A DNA stretch of 64,000 bases, taken from the NCBI GenBank assembly GCA_963740315.1, contig CAVUDP010000002.1, forward strand, positions 3,040,001 through 3,104,000. Direction: 5' to 3'. This DNA is from an uncultured cyanobacterium. Lineage in GTDB: Bacteria; Cyanobacteriota; Cyanobacteriia; Cyanobacteriales; Nostocaceae. Under the pieces are notes generated by a model. The model searched no databases, was not told where the DNA came from, and saw nothing but the letters and a program-made list of their open reading frames with translations. The number at the start of each line of letters is the position of its first letter. The stretch's first letter is position 1. Positions 43,507 to 53,863 of the stretch are shown here, piece by piece. The translations under genes were made by a program, and so were the position numbers.

Positions 43507-44478
43507 ATGACAGAGTATATTAACTTTACCGTAGCTATCCCCACATATAACGGTGCAAGTCGATTATCTGAAATCTTAGAAAGATTAAGAAATCAACTGC
43601 ATACCGAAAATATTTCTTGGGAAATTATTGTTGTCGATAACAACAGCAGCGATCGCACGGCAGATATTGTAAAAAGCTATCAAAAAGACTGGCAGCATTC
43701 TTTTCCTTTAAGATACTGCTTTGAATTAAAACAAGGTTTAGCATACGCCCGCGAGAAAGCAGTAGCCGAAGCAAAAGGTGAATTTATCGGTTTCCTCGAT
43801 GACGATAACTATCCAGTATCAAACTGGATTGCCAAAGCTTACGAATTCGCTCAAAAATATCCCCAAGCCGGTGCGATCGCCAGTCAAATTCATCCTAACT
43901 GGGAAACTGAACCACCAGAAAACTTTCAACGCATTGCCCCATTTCTGGCAATTGTAGAAAGAGGTAATACACCCTTACTTTACAAACCAACAAATAAACT
44001 ATTACCTCCTGGAGCAGGATTAGTTATTCGCAAACAAGCTTGGTTAGAAAGCGTACCCAAAAATTTAGTTTTAACCGGCAGAATTGTTGGTAATATGCTC
44101 ACCGGCGAAGACATCGAAATGCTGTCTTACATTCAACAATCGAACTGGGAAATTTGGTACAACCCAGAAATGGAAATTTACCATCAAATCCCCCATTGGC
44201 GCTTGCAAAAAGAATATTTATTCCCTTTCTTCAGAGGAATTGGATTAAGCCGTTACGTTACCAGAACTGTTGATATCAAGCCGTATTTCAAGCCAGCAGC
44301 AATATTTGCTTACATGGCGAACGACTTACGAAAGATTTTATTTCATATAATTAAACACGGTAAAAAAGTCCAAACAGACTTAGTTGCAGCCTGTGAAATG
44401 CAACTTTTTATAAATAGCTTAATTAGTCCTTTTTATCTGTGGAGAAATGGCTATTTTAAGAAGAAAATTCAAGGATAA
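43507..44478 (+). CDS. hpsE: Hormogonium polysaccharide glycosyltransferase HpsE (GT2)
   Basis: FTVAIPTYNG, FLDDDN, TGED, WEIWYNPEM; follows the pseudopilins. Confidence 0.82.
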   Translation: MTEYINFTVAIPTYNGASRLSEILERLRNQLHTENISWEIIVVDNNSSDRTADIVKSYQKDWQHSFPLRYCFELKQGLAYAREKAVAEAKGEFIGFLDDDNYPVSNWIAKAYEFAQKYPQAGAIASQIHPNWETEPPENFQRIAPFLAIVERGNTPLLYKPTNKLLPPGAGLVIRKQAWLESVPKNLVLTGRIVGNMLTGEDIEMLSYIQQSNWEIWYNPEMEIYHQIPHWRLQKEYLFPFFRGIGLSRYVTRTVDIKPYFKPAAIFAYMANDLRKILFHIIKHGKKVQTDLVAACEMQLFINSLISPFYLWRNGYFKKKIQG

Positions 44479-44810
44479 AATATTAGGTTCGTAGTAAGGA
44501 CTTTAGTCCTTAGAAGATGTTTTAAAAGCCACAAATAAGATCGGTTTCGAGAACCCCCTAAATTTCCCGCTAATTTGGGGGACTTTAACCCCCCTTTTTA
44601 AGGGGGGAAGGGGGGATCGAAGCAGTAATAAGGTTACAACAGATACTTCTCAATTCTCTTGTATAAGCTAAGACATTGCTTAAGAAAGCGATAAATCGCT
44701 TACTACGAACAATCATATAAAACCTGCCTCCGCAGGTTTCGCTTGTGTAGCCGCGACTTAAGTCGCCAGGTATTTTTATCTCAGTTATCAGGTTATCCGT
44801 ATCTACCAGT

Positions 44811-45374
44811 GTGGTGCATTTATCAAATAATCAAATGTTTAATAAACACTGGAATAAAAATTCTAGCAGTGGCTTTACTCTGCTCGAAATGTTGGTAGTT
44901 ATTGCAGCAATTGGTATGTTAGCTGCTTTTTCTGCCCCTTCTTGGGTAGCTTTTGTCAATACTCGTCGCCTCAATAGTGCTTCTGACAAAGTTCACCTAG
45001 CTTTACTTCGCGCAAAACGGCAAGCCCAAAGAACTAAAACCACTTGGCAATTTAGTCTTCGCGAGCAAGAAGATATTGTGGAGTGGGCGGTTCATCCTGA
45101 GACGGTAAACCCAAATAATGCCAACTGGAATAGTTTGGATTCTAACGTAGTTTTAGATGAAGAAACTACCTTATTTCAACCGGCATCAAGTGAATTCAGA
45201 CGTATTAAGTTTGATTACAGAGGTACTGTCAAAAAACCACCCCTGGGAAGAATCACTTTATCAAGCAAACACGGCGGTAAAGCTAAACGTTGCGTATATA
45301 TTTCCACAATTTTAGGAGCAATACGAACCGCAAAAGAGCGCGATCGACCTAAAGACGGTGATTATTGCTATTAA
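44811..45374 (+). CDS. Pseudopilin (HpsH-like)
   Basis: GFTLLEML..APSW, KRCVYISTILG. Confidence 0.8.
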   Translation: MVHLSNNQMFNKHWNKNSSSGFTLLEMLVVIAAIGMLAAFSAPSWVAFVNTRRLNSASDKVHLALLRAKRQAQRTKTTWQFSLREQEDIVEWAVHPETVNPNNANWNSLDSNVVLDEETTLFQPASSEFRRIKFDYRGTVKKPPLGRITLSSKHGGKAKRCVYISTILGAIRTAKERDRPKDGDYCY

Positions 45375-45631
45375 GATTTAAGGCGTTGCTGAATTGAAAT
45401 ATGAATTTATTTTTTTAATGGTGAGAAGTCGGGTTTTTAGAATAGGTATCTGTAATACACTTACAAATTTTATAAAAACCCGACTTCTTAATTTATCCTC
45501 CTCTTTCCCCTCTCCCCCCTCACAATCATAAAGCCGGGAAGGGAGTAAGTTTTTTAGGTTGCCCGCATTGTTGATAATGGTGCGTTACGCTGTCGCTAAC
45601 ACACCCTACAAAAAAAGAAAAAATACATTCC

Positions 45632-46297
45632 GTGTCTTTCTCACCCGAATTAGCCAAACAACACCTAATTATTTTCACCCGCTACCCCCAACCGGGTAAA
45701 ACTAAAACGCGATTGATACCTGCTTTGGGAGTCGAAGGTGCTGCGAATCTCCAGCGCCAAATGACGGAATATACTTTATCTAAAGTAAAAAAATTGTGCA
45801 AATCGATTGCAATATCCTTTGAAGTTCGGTTTGCAGACGGCAATTTACAACTAATGCAGAGCTGGTTGGGAACAGAATTAAATTACCAACTTCAAGGAGA
45901 AGGAGATTTAGGAAAGCGGATGGAAAACTCTTTTTTAAATGCCTTTAATAAAGGTGCCCAAAAAGTGGTTATCATCGGCATTGATTGCCCTGGTGTCGAT
46001 ACTGAAGTTTTAGTAGAAGCCTTTGAAAAAATCTCAGATTGCGATTTATTACTTGGTCCTGCTGTTGATGGCGGCTATTATCTAATTGGGTTAAAGCGTG
46101 TCATCGGAGAATTATTTATTAACATAGATTGGGGAACCGCCAAAGTATTACAACAAACTGTGGATATTGCCGAGCAGCTTGATTTATCGGTTGGTTACTT
46201 GCGATCGCTAGCTGATGTTGACCGACCGGAGGATTTACCAATTTGGCAGAACAGTTACCAGTTACCAGTTACCAGCGAACAGTTATCAGATATTTAA
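45632..46297 (+). CDS. DUF2064/TIGR04282-family glycosyltransferase-like protein
   Basis: FTRYPQPGKTKTRL, QGEGDLGKRM, IGIDCP, GPAVDGGYYLIG, DVDRPEDL. Confidence 0.88.
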   Translation: MSFSPELAKQHLIIFTRYPQPGKTKTRLIPALGVEGAANLQRQMTEYTLSKVKKLCKSIAISFEVRFADGNLQLMQSWLGTELNYQLQGEGDLGKRMENSFLNAFNKGAQKVVIIGIDCPGVDTEVLVEAFEKISDCDLLLGPAVDGGYYLIGLKRVIGELFINIDWGTAKVLQQTVDIAEQLDLSVGYLRSLADVDRPEDLPIWQNSYQLPVTSEQLSDI

Positions 46298-46675
46298 AAA
46301 GCCATAAAGCTTACTTAGCACCTTTCTCCAAACCACTGTCTTCTGCAAGGAGAGAGGTTGTTAATCTCCCCATTCCCTTATAGGCAAAGGGGCTGGGGGG
46401 TTCGGTTCCCAATAGTTTAAGGTTAAATGCAATACTGCTAACTGCTAACCGCTAACTGGTCACTGCTCACTGGTCACTGCTCACTGTCTAATACGCGGAT
46501 TTGCCGAAGACAGGTAAAACAAGCTTTGCTACTGTGGTGTAATCTCGAACATAGGTGTTAGAATTTCCACCTGTATTAAACCTACTTTATTTATCGACAG
46601 TAGCTGGAGTATTGGCGACAATATTCAAGTAACTTTATGTAGGACACTCACTTAAATTGAATGCGAGACTAAACT

Positions 46676-47515
46676 ATGGTTAATCGTTTGGCTACTGTAA
46701 ATACTTCCCGTACCTTGAAAGTGGTAGGGATAATCTTAATTTTGTCTTTTTTAGTTGATGTTTTAATCCTTTCAATGCCCTTCCAACCAACTAATAGTGG
46801 ATGGCAGATTCGGCTAGCAACGGCGTTTGTTGACCGAGGAATTGTGCCGATGGTGGGTTTGGGTATGCTATTCGCGGGACATTGGGTTGATAGTTTTGAT
46901 GATTCGAGTCCTTCGGGTATCGACTTAAGATTACCGGCATTAATTTTGTCATGTATCTTAGGTTTGATTTTCTTGCTAATTTTTCCGATGCACATCAATA
47001 ACGTTGGCAAAGCTAGCGCCCGCGAAGTTGAACAAATCACTCAAACTGCTGACAGAGCGAAAAGTCAAGTTGAAAGTCAGCTATCGCAGGTACAAGCAAG
47101 ATTAAGTACTGAGCAAGCAAAAGCTCAAATAGAAAAACAAAGAGAACAAGTCAAGAATCAGTTTTCCGAACTGCTCAAAGACGATACAAGATACAAGCAA
47201 GCCTTAGAAAATCCCGATATTCCGCAACAGCAGAAAGATTTACTCAAGAGATTTAAAGCCGATCCTAAAGCACTCGATCAATTCATCCAAGAGCAAAGCG
47301 ATCCAACGCAACTAGCAAAACAGCGCTTAACTCAAATTGCTCAAGACAGAGATGCTGCTGAAAAACGGGCTAAAGATACCGCTTGGAAGTCAGGATTGCG
47401 AGTTGGTATAAGCAGCTTACTACTTTCCATCGGCTACATCATTATCGGTTGGACTGGGTTAAGAAGCTCAGGCGCAACTTCTGGTGGTGGGAAGCGGAAA
47501 GCAACTGCACGTTGA
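46676..47515 (+). CDS. hpsJ: HpsJ family membrane protein
   Basis: Three N-terminal TM segments with VDRGIVPMVG, coiled coil, C-terminal TM; within the hps locus. Confidence 0.78.
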   Translation: MVNRLATVNTSRTLKVVGIILILSFLVDVLILSMPFQPTNSGWQIRLATAFVDRGIVPMVGLGMLFAGHWVDSFDDSSPSGIDLRLPALILSCILGLIFLLIFPMHINNVGKASAREVEQITQTADRAKSQVESQLSQVQARLSTEQAKAQIEKQREQVKNQFSELLKDDTRYKQALENPDIPQQQKDLLKRFKADPKALDQFIQEQSDPTQLAKQRLTQIAQDRDAAEKRAKDTAWKSGLRVGISSLLLSIGYIIIGWTGLRSSGATSGGGKRKATAR

Positions 47516-47729
47516 GGAGAGATGGAGGGATAGGGAGATGGGGAGATGGGGAGATGGGGAGATGGGGAGATGAGGGGATGAGGGGATAGGGAGAAATATA
47601 ACTCCTAACTCTTTTAATCCAAAATCTAAAATCTAAAATCTAAAATCTCTTAACTCCTCACTCCTAACTCTTTTAATCTAAAATCTAAAATCTAAAATCT
47701 AAAATCTCCTAATTCCTAACTTTTAATAC

Positions 47730-48593
47730 ATGATTACTATTTATATATTGACTTATAACGAAGAGTTGGATATTGCTGCTTGTATTGAGTCGGCGATGGT
47801 GTCGGATGACATTATTGTGGTGGATTCGATCAGTAGCGATCGCACTGTGGAAATCGCGAATAAGTATCCGGTTCGAGTTGTGGAACACGCTTTTGAAAGT
47901 CACGGCAAGCAACGTACCTGGATGTTAGAAAATATATCCCCGAAGTATGACTGGGTGTATATTCTTGAAGCGGATGAGCGGATGACACCGGAATTGTTTG
48001 CTGAATGTGTGGAAGCAACGAAAAACCCGGACTACATCGGTTATTACGCAGCCGAGCGGGTAATGTTTATGAATACTTGGATTCGTCACAGTACTCAATA
48101 TCCTCGTTACCAGTTACGGCTTTTTCGTCATGGAAAGGTATGGTTTACAGATTACGGTCATACCGAAAGAGAAGTCTGTGAAGGGGATACCAGCCTTTTA
48201 AAAGAAACTTATCCCCATTACACTTCTGGTAAAGGCTTGAGCCGGTGGATTGAAAAGCATAACCGTTATTCCACTGATGAAGCCAGAGAAACCTTGCATC
48301 AATTAGAAAAAGGCAACGTCAACTGGCGCGACTTAATCTTCGGTAAAACAGAAATAGAACGCCGTCGCGCCCTCAAAGATTTATCATTACGGCTACCGGG
48401 TAGACCATTGGTACGCTTTTTTTATATGTACTTCCTCCTTGGTGGCTGTTTGGACGGACGAGCCGGATTTGCTTGGTGTACTCTACAAGCCTTCTACGAA
48501 TACTTAATCATCCTCAAAGCCTGGGAAATGAAGCATATCCCCACACCCAGCGTTGAAGCAGTTACCAGTAATCAGTTACCAGTTACCAGGTAG
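47730..48593 (+). CDS. GT2 glycosyltransferase (HpsK-like)
   Basis: ILTYNEE, VVDSISSDRT, LEADER, KHNRYS. Confidence 0.88.
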   Translation: MITIYILTYNEELDIAACIESAMVSDDIIVVDSISSDRTVEIANKYPVRVVEHAFESHGKQRTWMLENISPKYDWVYILEADERMTPELFAECVEATKNPDYIGYYAAERVMFMNTWIRHSTQYPRYQLRLFRHGKVWFTDYGHTEREVCEGDTSLLKETYPHYTSGKGLSRWIEKHNRYSTDEARETLHQLEKGNVNWRDLIFGKTEIERRRALKDLSLRLPGRPLVRFFYMYFLLGGCLDGRAGFAWCTLQAFYEYLIILKAWEMKHIPTPSVEAVTSNQLPVTR

Positions 48594-49326
48594 GTGATGG
48601 GGTGATGGGGAGATGGGGTGATGGGGAGATGGGGTGATGGGGAGATGGGGGGACAAGGGGACAAGGGGAAGTTAGGAGTTAGTACCACTAGAGTTAAGAA
48701 TTTATACATTACCTTTGACCTTTAACCTTTGACCTGCTCCCATGCCCCAAATTAAAATGTTACATTTAATATAAATTAATATATTCAACCAACTTTTTTA
48801 TAATAGTCTACAGTTTTGGTGGGGGAGTTTGTAGGGAGATAAAAGGCTTTACCGACGTTGGATGAAGTATTTTGTGAGTTGCGGTAATATTAGTAAGATT
48901 CTTAAGTTGTTGTAACAATCCTTTACAAGACTTAAATAAATTAAAGGTATAGGACTATTTAGCTGCTTATTCTGGCTTTTCTATATGTCTTATGCGCGTC
49001 TGCTACAAAAATATTGGTTTAGCCTGACGGGGTGCGTTTTTCAAGGCTGCGTTGTTTCTGATGCAGTCTAAATAATGGGTATTACACCTGCCGATCGATA
49101 ATTTTGATGGTGTGTTGTCAAAAAAAGCTGTTTTTCCTTTAATTCTTATTTATATAACTAAAGGCAATAGCAATAAATTTATGGTGTAGAGACGCAATAT
49201 AATTATCGAGTTGATGATTAATTGCCGATATTCTTGTATTTATCATGCAGGGAGAATCAAAACAGCAGAAATTTGGTGCCGCTTGATAAAGCAAATATTC
49301 AGAGCAATTAAAACAAGCAAGCTGGT

Positions 49327-49560
49327 GTCAACAACTCAGGGCTAAAGCCACCGAGCTTCAGGCATAAGCCGGTTGCTCATAGTTGACCAGACTAAGGATT
49401 AAATTCCTACGTTTAGAGTAAGTGAAGACCGTTCATACCTTGGAATGCGTAGCTAGTTCCAAGCCCTATAACTGAAAAATTAAACAGGTGTAACGCAAGT
49501 TTTGCCAGTGTTTTTCAGATATGCCGACTCTAAACACTGTCGAAGCTAACATCACCATTG
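49327..49560 (+). ncRNA. HEARO / IscB omegaRNA scaffold
   Basis: GTCAAC(49327)/GTTGAC(49382) stem then CAGACTAAG, CTACGTT, CTTGGAA/TTCCAAG hairpin, TTAAACAG, GTTTAGAGT/ACTCTAAAC long-range stem, TGTCGAAG, TAGCT/AGCTA pseudoknot. Confidence 0.82.
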
Positions 49561-49670
49561 AGCGGACTAATCATCCATCAACTACGGAAGCCCACGGTGG
49601 TTAAAACCACTCGTGTCGCTTCCCTCTCAGCTTTTGAAAGACTGAGTTTCCCGCTTTCCGCATATTTCTT
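49327..49670 (+). mobile_element. Non-autonomous IS200/IS605 (IscB-type) element: omegaRNA plus right-end hairpin, no ORF
   Basis: Begins GTCAAC; subterminal hairpin CTCAG-CTTTTGAAAGA-CTGAG at 49626-49646; followed by ATGA. Right boundary is inferred. Confidence 0.7.
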
Positions 49671-50438
49671 ATGAATATCAATAACAGAAATTCCACTAGC
49701 CGTATGGAGAATAAGGGCTTGGGTTACGAACGCTGGAAGCAAGACCTAAAAAATGACTTGATTGCTGGTTTGCTAGTCATAATTCCTTTAGCAACCACTA
49801 TTTGGTTAACGGTTACTATTGCTACTTGGGTAATTGATTTTCTGACTCAGATACCCAAGCAGTTAAATCCTTTTGAGGGGTTACACCCTTTATTAATTAA
49901 TATATTGAACTTTGTAGTGGGGTTTACCGTACCGCTACTGATTATTCTTTTGATTGGATTAATGGCTCGCAATATTGCGGGTAAATGGTTGCTTGATTTT
50001 GGAGAGCGCTTATTACAGGCAATTCCTTTAGCGGGACAGATTTATAAAACCCTCAAGCAGCTTTTAGAAACGCTATTAAAAGATACTAACAATAAATTTC
50101 GCCGCGTAATTCTGGTAGAGTACCCAAGACCGGGAATGTGGGCGATCGGTTTTGTAACTGGTGCTGTCAGCAGTGAGATTCAAGCCCAAATGCCGAACCC
50201 GATGTTAAGCGTTTTTATTCCCACAACTCCCAATCCGACTACGGGATGGTATGCCGTGGTTCCCGAAAATGATGTGGTGAATCTATCAATGTCGATAGAA
50301 GAAGCGTTCAAAATATTAATATCTGGCGGAATTGTTTCTCAAGCAGCCCCTCTACCTGCTTTAGAAATTCCTAAAGAACGTAAAATAGACGCATCGCGAG
50401 AAAAAAAGCGCCAAGTAATACCTGTTGAGGAAGGTTAA
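49671..50438 (+). CDS. DUF502 membrane protein
   Basis: LIAGLLVIIPLATTIW, LVEYPR, FIPTTPNPTTGW. Confidence 0.92.
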   Translation: MNINNRNSTSRMENKGLGYERWKQDLKNDLIAGLLVIIPLATTIWLTVTIATWVIDFLTQIPKQLNPFEGLHPLLINILNFVVGFTVPLLIILLIGLMARNIAGKWLLDFGERLLQAIPLAGQIYKTLKQLLETLLKDTNNKFRRVILVEYPRPGMWAIGFVTGAVSSEIQAQMPNPMLSVFIPTTPNPTTGWYAVVPENDVVNLSMSIEEAFKILISGGIVSQAAPLPALEIPKERKIDASREKKRQVIPVEEG

Positions 50439-50571
50439 ATATTCATGCCTGCTTCGCGATCGCCCAACGGCATGGTATTTTGTGGAGCAGCCCCAATAAA
50501 AAGGGGTAATTATTACAAATTAGGTTGACCTATAACAGTGCGGCTACGAAACGAATTAAATTAATACTGCT

Positions 50572-51204
50572 ATGCAAGACCGTAAACCCCAACAAATAGC
50601 CCGCGAACTGGCACTATTAAGCCTTTCTCAGTTACCTGTAAATCCCAAAAAGTTAACAGAAGATCAACTTCCCAAACTTGTGCTTGCAGCAGTACGTACT
50701 CTTAGAGCGGAGGTGCAAGATAGTTTAGAAAATGCTAAAAGCGAACTACAGCGCAGTAACGATCGCCTTTTAAGCAGCCAAACTCGCGCGGCTGACTTAA
50801 ATATTGCTAGAACAATGCTCAAAGAGGCAATTGAACATACTGAAGTCGCCATGAATCAGTTGGCTGCTACAATCGATTTTCCAGAATTGATTCAATTAGC
50901 AAATCAAGATAAAGAAGTCCGGCAATATTCTATCCAACTGGTTAAAACTATCACGGCAGAACATAAAGTAATAGATGAAAAAATATCTGCCGCTTTAGTC
51001 GATTGGCAAGTAACGCGCCTAGCCATAATTGACCGAGATATTCTTCGCATCGCTGTAGGAGAAATGGAATTTTTTGATATTCCTTCTAAGATAGCAATCA
51101 ACGAGGCGGTCGAATTAGCCAAACGTTACAGTGGAGACGATGGACATCGATTTATCAATGGTGTTTTACGTAAAGTTTCAGAACAACAGCAGGTAACTGG
51201 TTAA
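50572..51204 (+). CDS. nusB: Transcription antitermination factor NusB
   Basis: [28 protein letters not shown]. Confidence 0.95.
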   Translation: MQDRKPQQIARELALLSLSQLPVNPKKLTEDQLPKLVLAAVRTLRAEVQDSLENAKSELQRSNDRLLSSQTRAADLNIARTMLKEAIEHTEVAMNQLAATIDFPELIQLANQDKEVRQYSIQLVKTITAEHKVIDEKISAALVDWQVTRLAIIDRDILRIAVGEMEFFDIPSKIAINEAVELAKRYSGDDGHRFINGVLRKVSEQQQVTG

Positions 51205-51378
51205 AGGTTAAAGGTTAAAGGTTAAAGGTTAAGTAGCTCTAAACTCCTAACTCCTAACTCCTAACTTCCCCTTGTCCCCCCATCACCCCATCTCCCCCTC
51301 TCCCCCATCTCCCCCCTCTGCTTAATAATTAATAATTAATAAATCAAAGTTATTTTATAACCGACGTTATTAGCTGCA

Positions 51379-53001
51379 ATGGTTTTTAATTGGTTCCGCC
51401 GTCAAAACAAGAATTCCGATCCTTCTTCCGAACAGAATCGGGAGGAAGAGATTGAAGATGTTGTAAGTACAGAATCAACTCAAGAAACGCTAAAGGAATC
51501 TCCACCTGCTGAGGCGACAGATTTATTAGCTTTTGCGAAAGCCGCTTACAAAAATATTCAGGATAAGCAACAAACAACTGAATCAGTTGAAGAGGTTTCA
51601 GAATCTTCTCAAGAAGTAACTCAAACGGTTTCCGAAGAAGTCACGGAATCTCCTCAAGAAGTAACTCAAACGGTTTCCGCCGAAGTCACGGAATCCCCTC
51701 AAGAAATAACTCAAACGGTTTCTGCAGAAGTCACGGAATCCCCTCAAGAAATAACTGAAGTTACCGAATCTGAAGTTGTAGAAGCAACTGAAACAGAGGT
51801 AACAACGGAAGATGTAATATCGGAGCCAACAGCGCCTGCTAATTTATCTTTCTTGGAAAGAGCAAGGGCAGAGCGAGAAGCTAAGCAGGAAAGACTTATT
51901 GCTAATGCAATAGAAGTACCGGATACGGTGGTGGAACGGTCAACATCAGTATCGGCTGACACTAGTGAAGCTCTTGAGGAAATACCCGACTTAGCATTTG
52001 ATGACGGATTTTTATGGTCAACGGAAGTCCTCGCAGCGCAAGGTAGACGTGCGGAAGATGTTTCGATTGAAGAAATTACTTGGCTAAAAAAATTACGCCA
52101 AGGTTTAGATAAAACTCGTCGTAGTTTAGTTAACCAGCTTAAAGCAATTGTCGGTAAGGGACCGCTAAATGCGAATGCGGTAGAAGAAATCGAAGCTTTG
52201 TTACTGCAAGCTGATGTGGGTGTGGAAGCTACAGATTACATTATTAATGCTTTGCAGGAAAAATTGCGTCAAGAAGCTTTACCACCTGAAGAAGGTATTG
52301 CTTACCTGAAAAAAATTCTGCGGGATATGTTGGATAAACCCCTGCAAGAATCTTATTCAATTTCATTTACTCCAGAAAAAGACAGTTTCAATATTTGGTT
52401 GATTACTGGGGTAAATGGGGCTGGTAAAACTACTACCATCGGTAAAATCGCTCATTTGGCCTCGAAATCTGGGTATAAATGCTTGATTGGCGCAGCAGAT
52501 ACTTTCCGCGCCGCAGCCGTACAGCAGGTAAAGGTTTGGGGTGAACGAAGCGGCGTTGAAGTAATTGCAAATCCTGGGAAAAATACCGATCCAGCAGCAG
52601 TTGTGTTTGATGCGATCGCTGCCGCAGAATCGCGAGAAACCGAGTTATTACTAGTAGATACCGCAGGTAGATTGCAAAATAAGAAGAACTTAATGGAAGA
52701 ATTAAGTAAAATCCGGCGAATTATTGCTAAAAAAGCTCCTAATGCCAAGGTAGAATCACTGTTGGTTCTAGACGCTACCTTGGGTCAAAATGGATTGCGA
52801 CAAGCAGAAGTTTTTTCTCAAGCTGCGGAACTTAGTGGCGTAGTTTTAACTAAGCTTGATGGAACTGCTAAAGGAGGGGTTGCTCTGGCGGTAGTACAAC
52901 AGCTAGGTTTACCTATTCGCTTTATTGGCGCTGGTGAAGGTATCGAAGATTTACGTCCTTTTTCTAGCTACGAATTTGTGGAAGCGCTGCTCAGCGGTTA
53001 A
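51379..53001 (+). CDS. ftsY: SRP receptor FtsY
   Basis: Acidic N-domain; GVNGAGKTTT, DTFRAAA, DTAGR, TKLDGTAKGG. Confidence 0.97.
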   Translation: MVFNWFRRQNKNSDPSSEQNREEEIEDVVSTESTQETLKESPPAEATDLLAFAKAAYKNIQDKQQTTESVEEVSESSQEVTQTVSEEVTESPQEVTQTVSAEVTESPQEITQTVSAEVTESPQEITEVTESEVVEATETEVTTEDVISEPTAPANLSFLERARAEREAKQERLIANAIEVPDTVVERSTSVSADTSEALEEIPDLAFDDGFLWSTEVLAAQGRRAEDVSIEEITWLKKLRQGLDKTRRSLVNQLKAIVGKGPLNANAVEEIEALLLQADVGVEATDYIINALQEKLRQEALPPEEGIAYLKKILRDMLDKPLQESYSISFTPEKDSFNIWLITGVNGAGKTTTIGKIAHLASKSGYKCLIGAADTFRAAAVQQVKVWGERSGVEVIANPGKNTDPAAVVFDAIAAAESRETELLLVDTAGRLQNKKNLMEELSKIRRIIAKKAPNAKVESLLVLDATLGQNGLRQAEVFSQAAELSGVVLTKLDGTAKGGVALAVVQQLGLPIRFIGAGEGIEDLRPFSSYEFVEALLSG

Positions 53002-53863
53002 GCAGATCGACATTACAGAAATGTTAATCGGCTATACAGAGCAATAATACGAAAGTAGGGACTTACGCAGGAGAAAAATCCGCAGGGCGTAAGTCTCCAT
53101 TTGGTAAGCATATTTTTTATATGTTCTAGCTTCGGATTAAGTACACTTTTACAATTGGGAATTTCCAAATAATATGTTATCTTCCGCTCATAAGTAACGG
53201 AAAATATCTAACAGGGCAAACATATAAACAAATTTTGTCCTCTTAAAGTCATGCTTGTTAGCTATAACCAGGAACATATAAAATTCCGTAAATACAATAA
53301 AAAAAACGTGATGATTAAAAAAAATATCTTGACTAAGTTTTAAGTTAAAAGTCTTAGGGTATACTTTCCCTAGATTTGATACGCAAATTTTACATAATTT
53401 GTCATACTCTTAATAAGATCGTAATTGATTGATCTTTCTAAGAGTAAAATGAATGCGAGTCTCTCACCCATAGAGGCTCTTACCCCGTATGGTGTTTAGC
53501 TAGAGTAGTCAGAAACAAACTATAAAAGCGGTTAAAAGTTGACAAGTATATTTTTTATGTCTGAAGGTATATGATTTGATCGTAAAGTTATGAAAAGATT
53601 AAAAACTTGTGATGGGATAGGAATATTTCTAACGTGCGTAAAATTGGTGTTTGACTCCAAACTCTTGCTCATAAGAAATCTATATAAATTAGCAAAACAA
53701 ATCACACAACAAAATAGTTATAAAATTTACTCTAATTATCTTTCTACTCTTGCTAAACTTGTAAACCTTATCTCAATATGGTTTAGCAATCTTGAACCCT
53801 TGTTTGATTTAAAAATCATCTGAATTCAGTCAAATTATAAAGAGCAAAATAATAAAATCACCT

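Noticed and set aside
48910..48928. NtcA site in TTGTAACAATCCTTTACAA
   Set aside because: Spacing is GTA-N9-TAC, not N8; it remains an unassigned palindrome
53590..53823. 77-aa ORF upstream of the phosphatase
   Set aside because: AT-rich leader sequence with no recognisable motif; probably not coding
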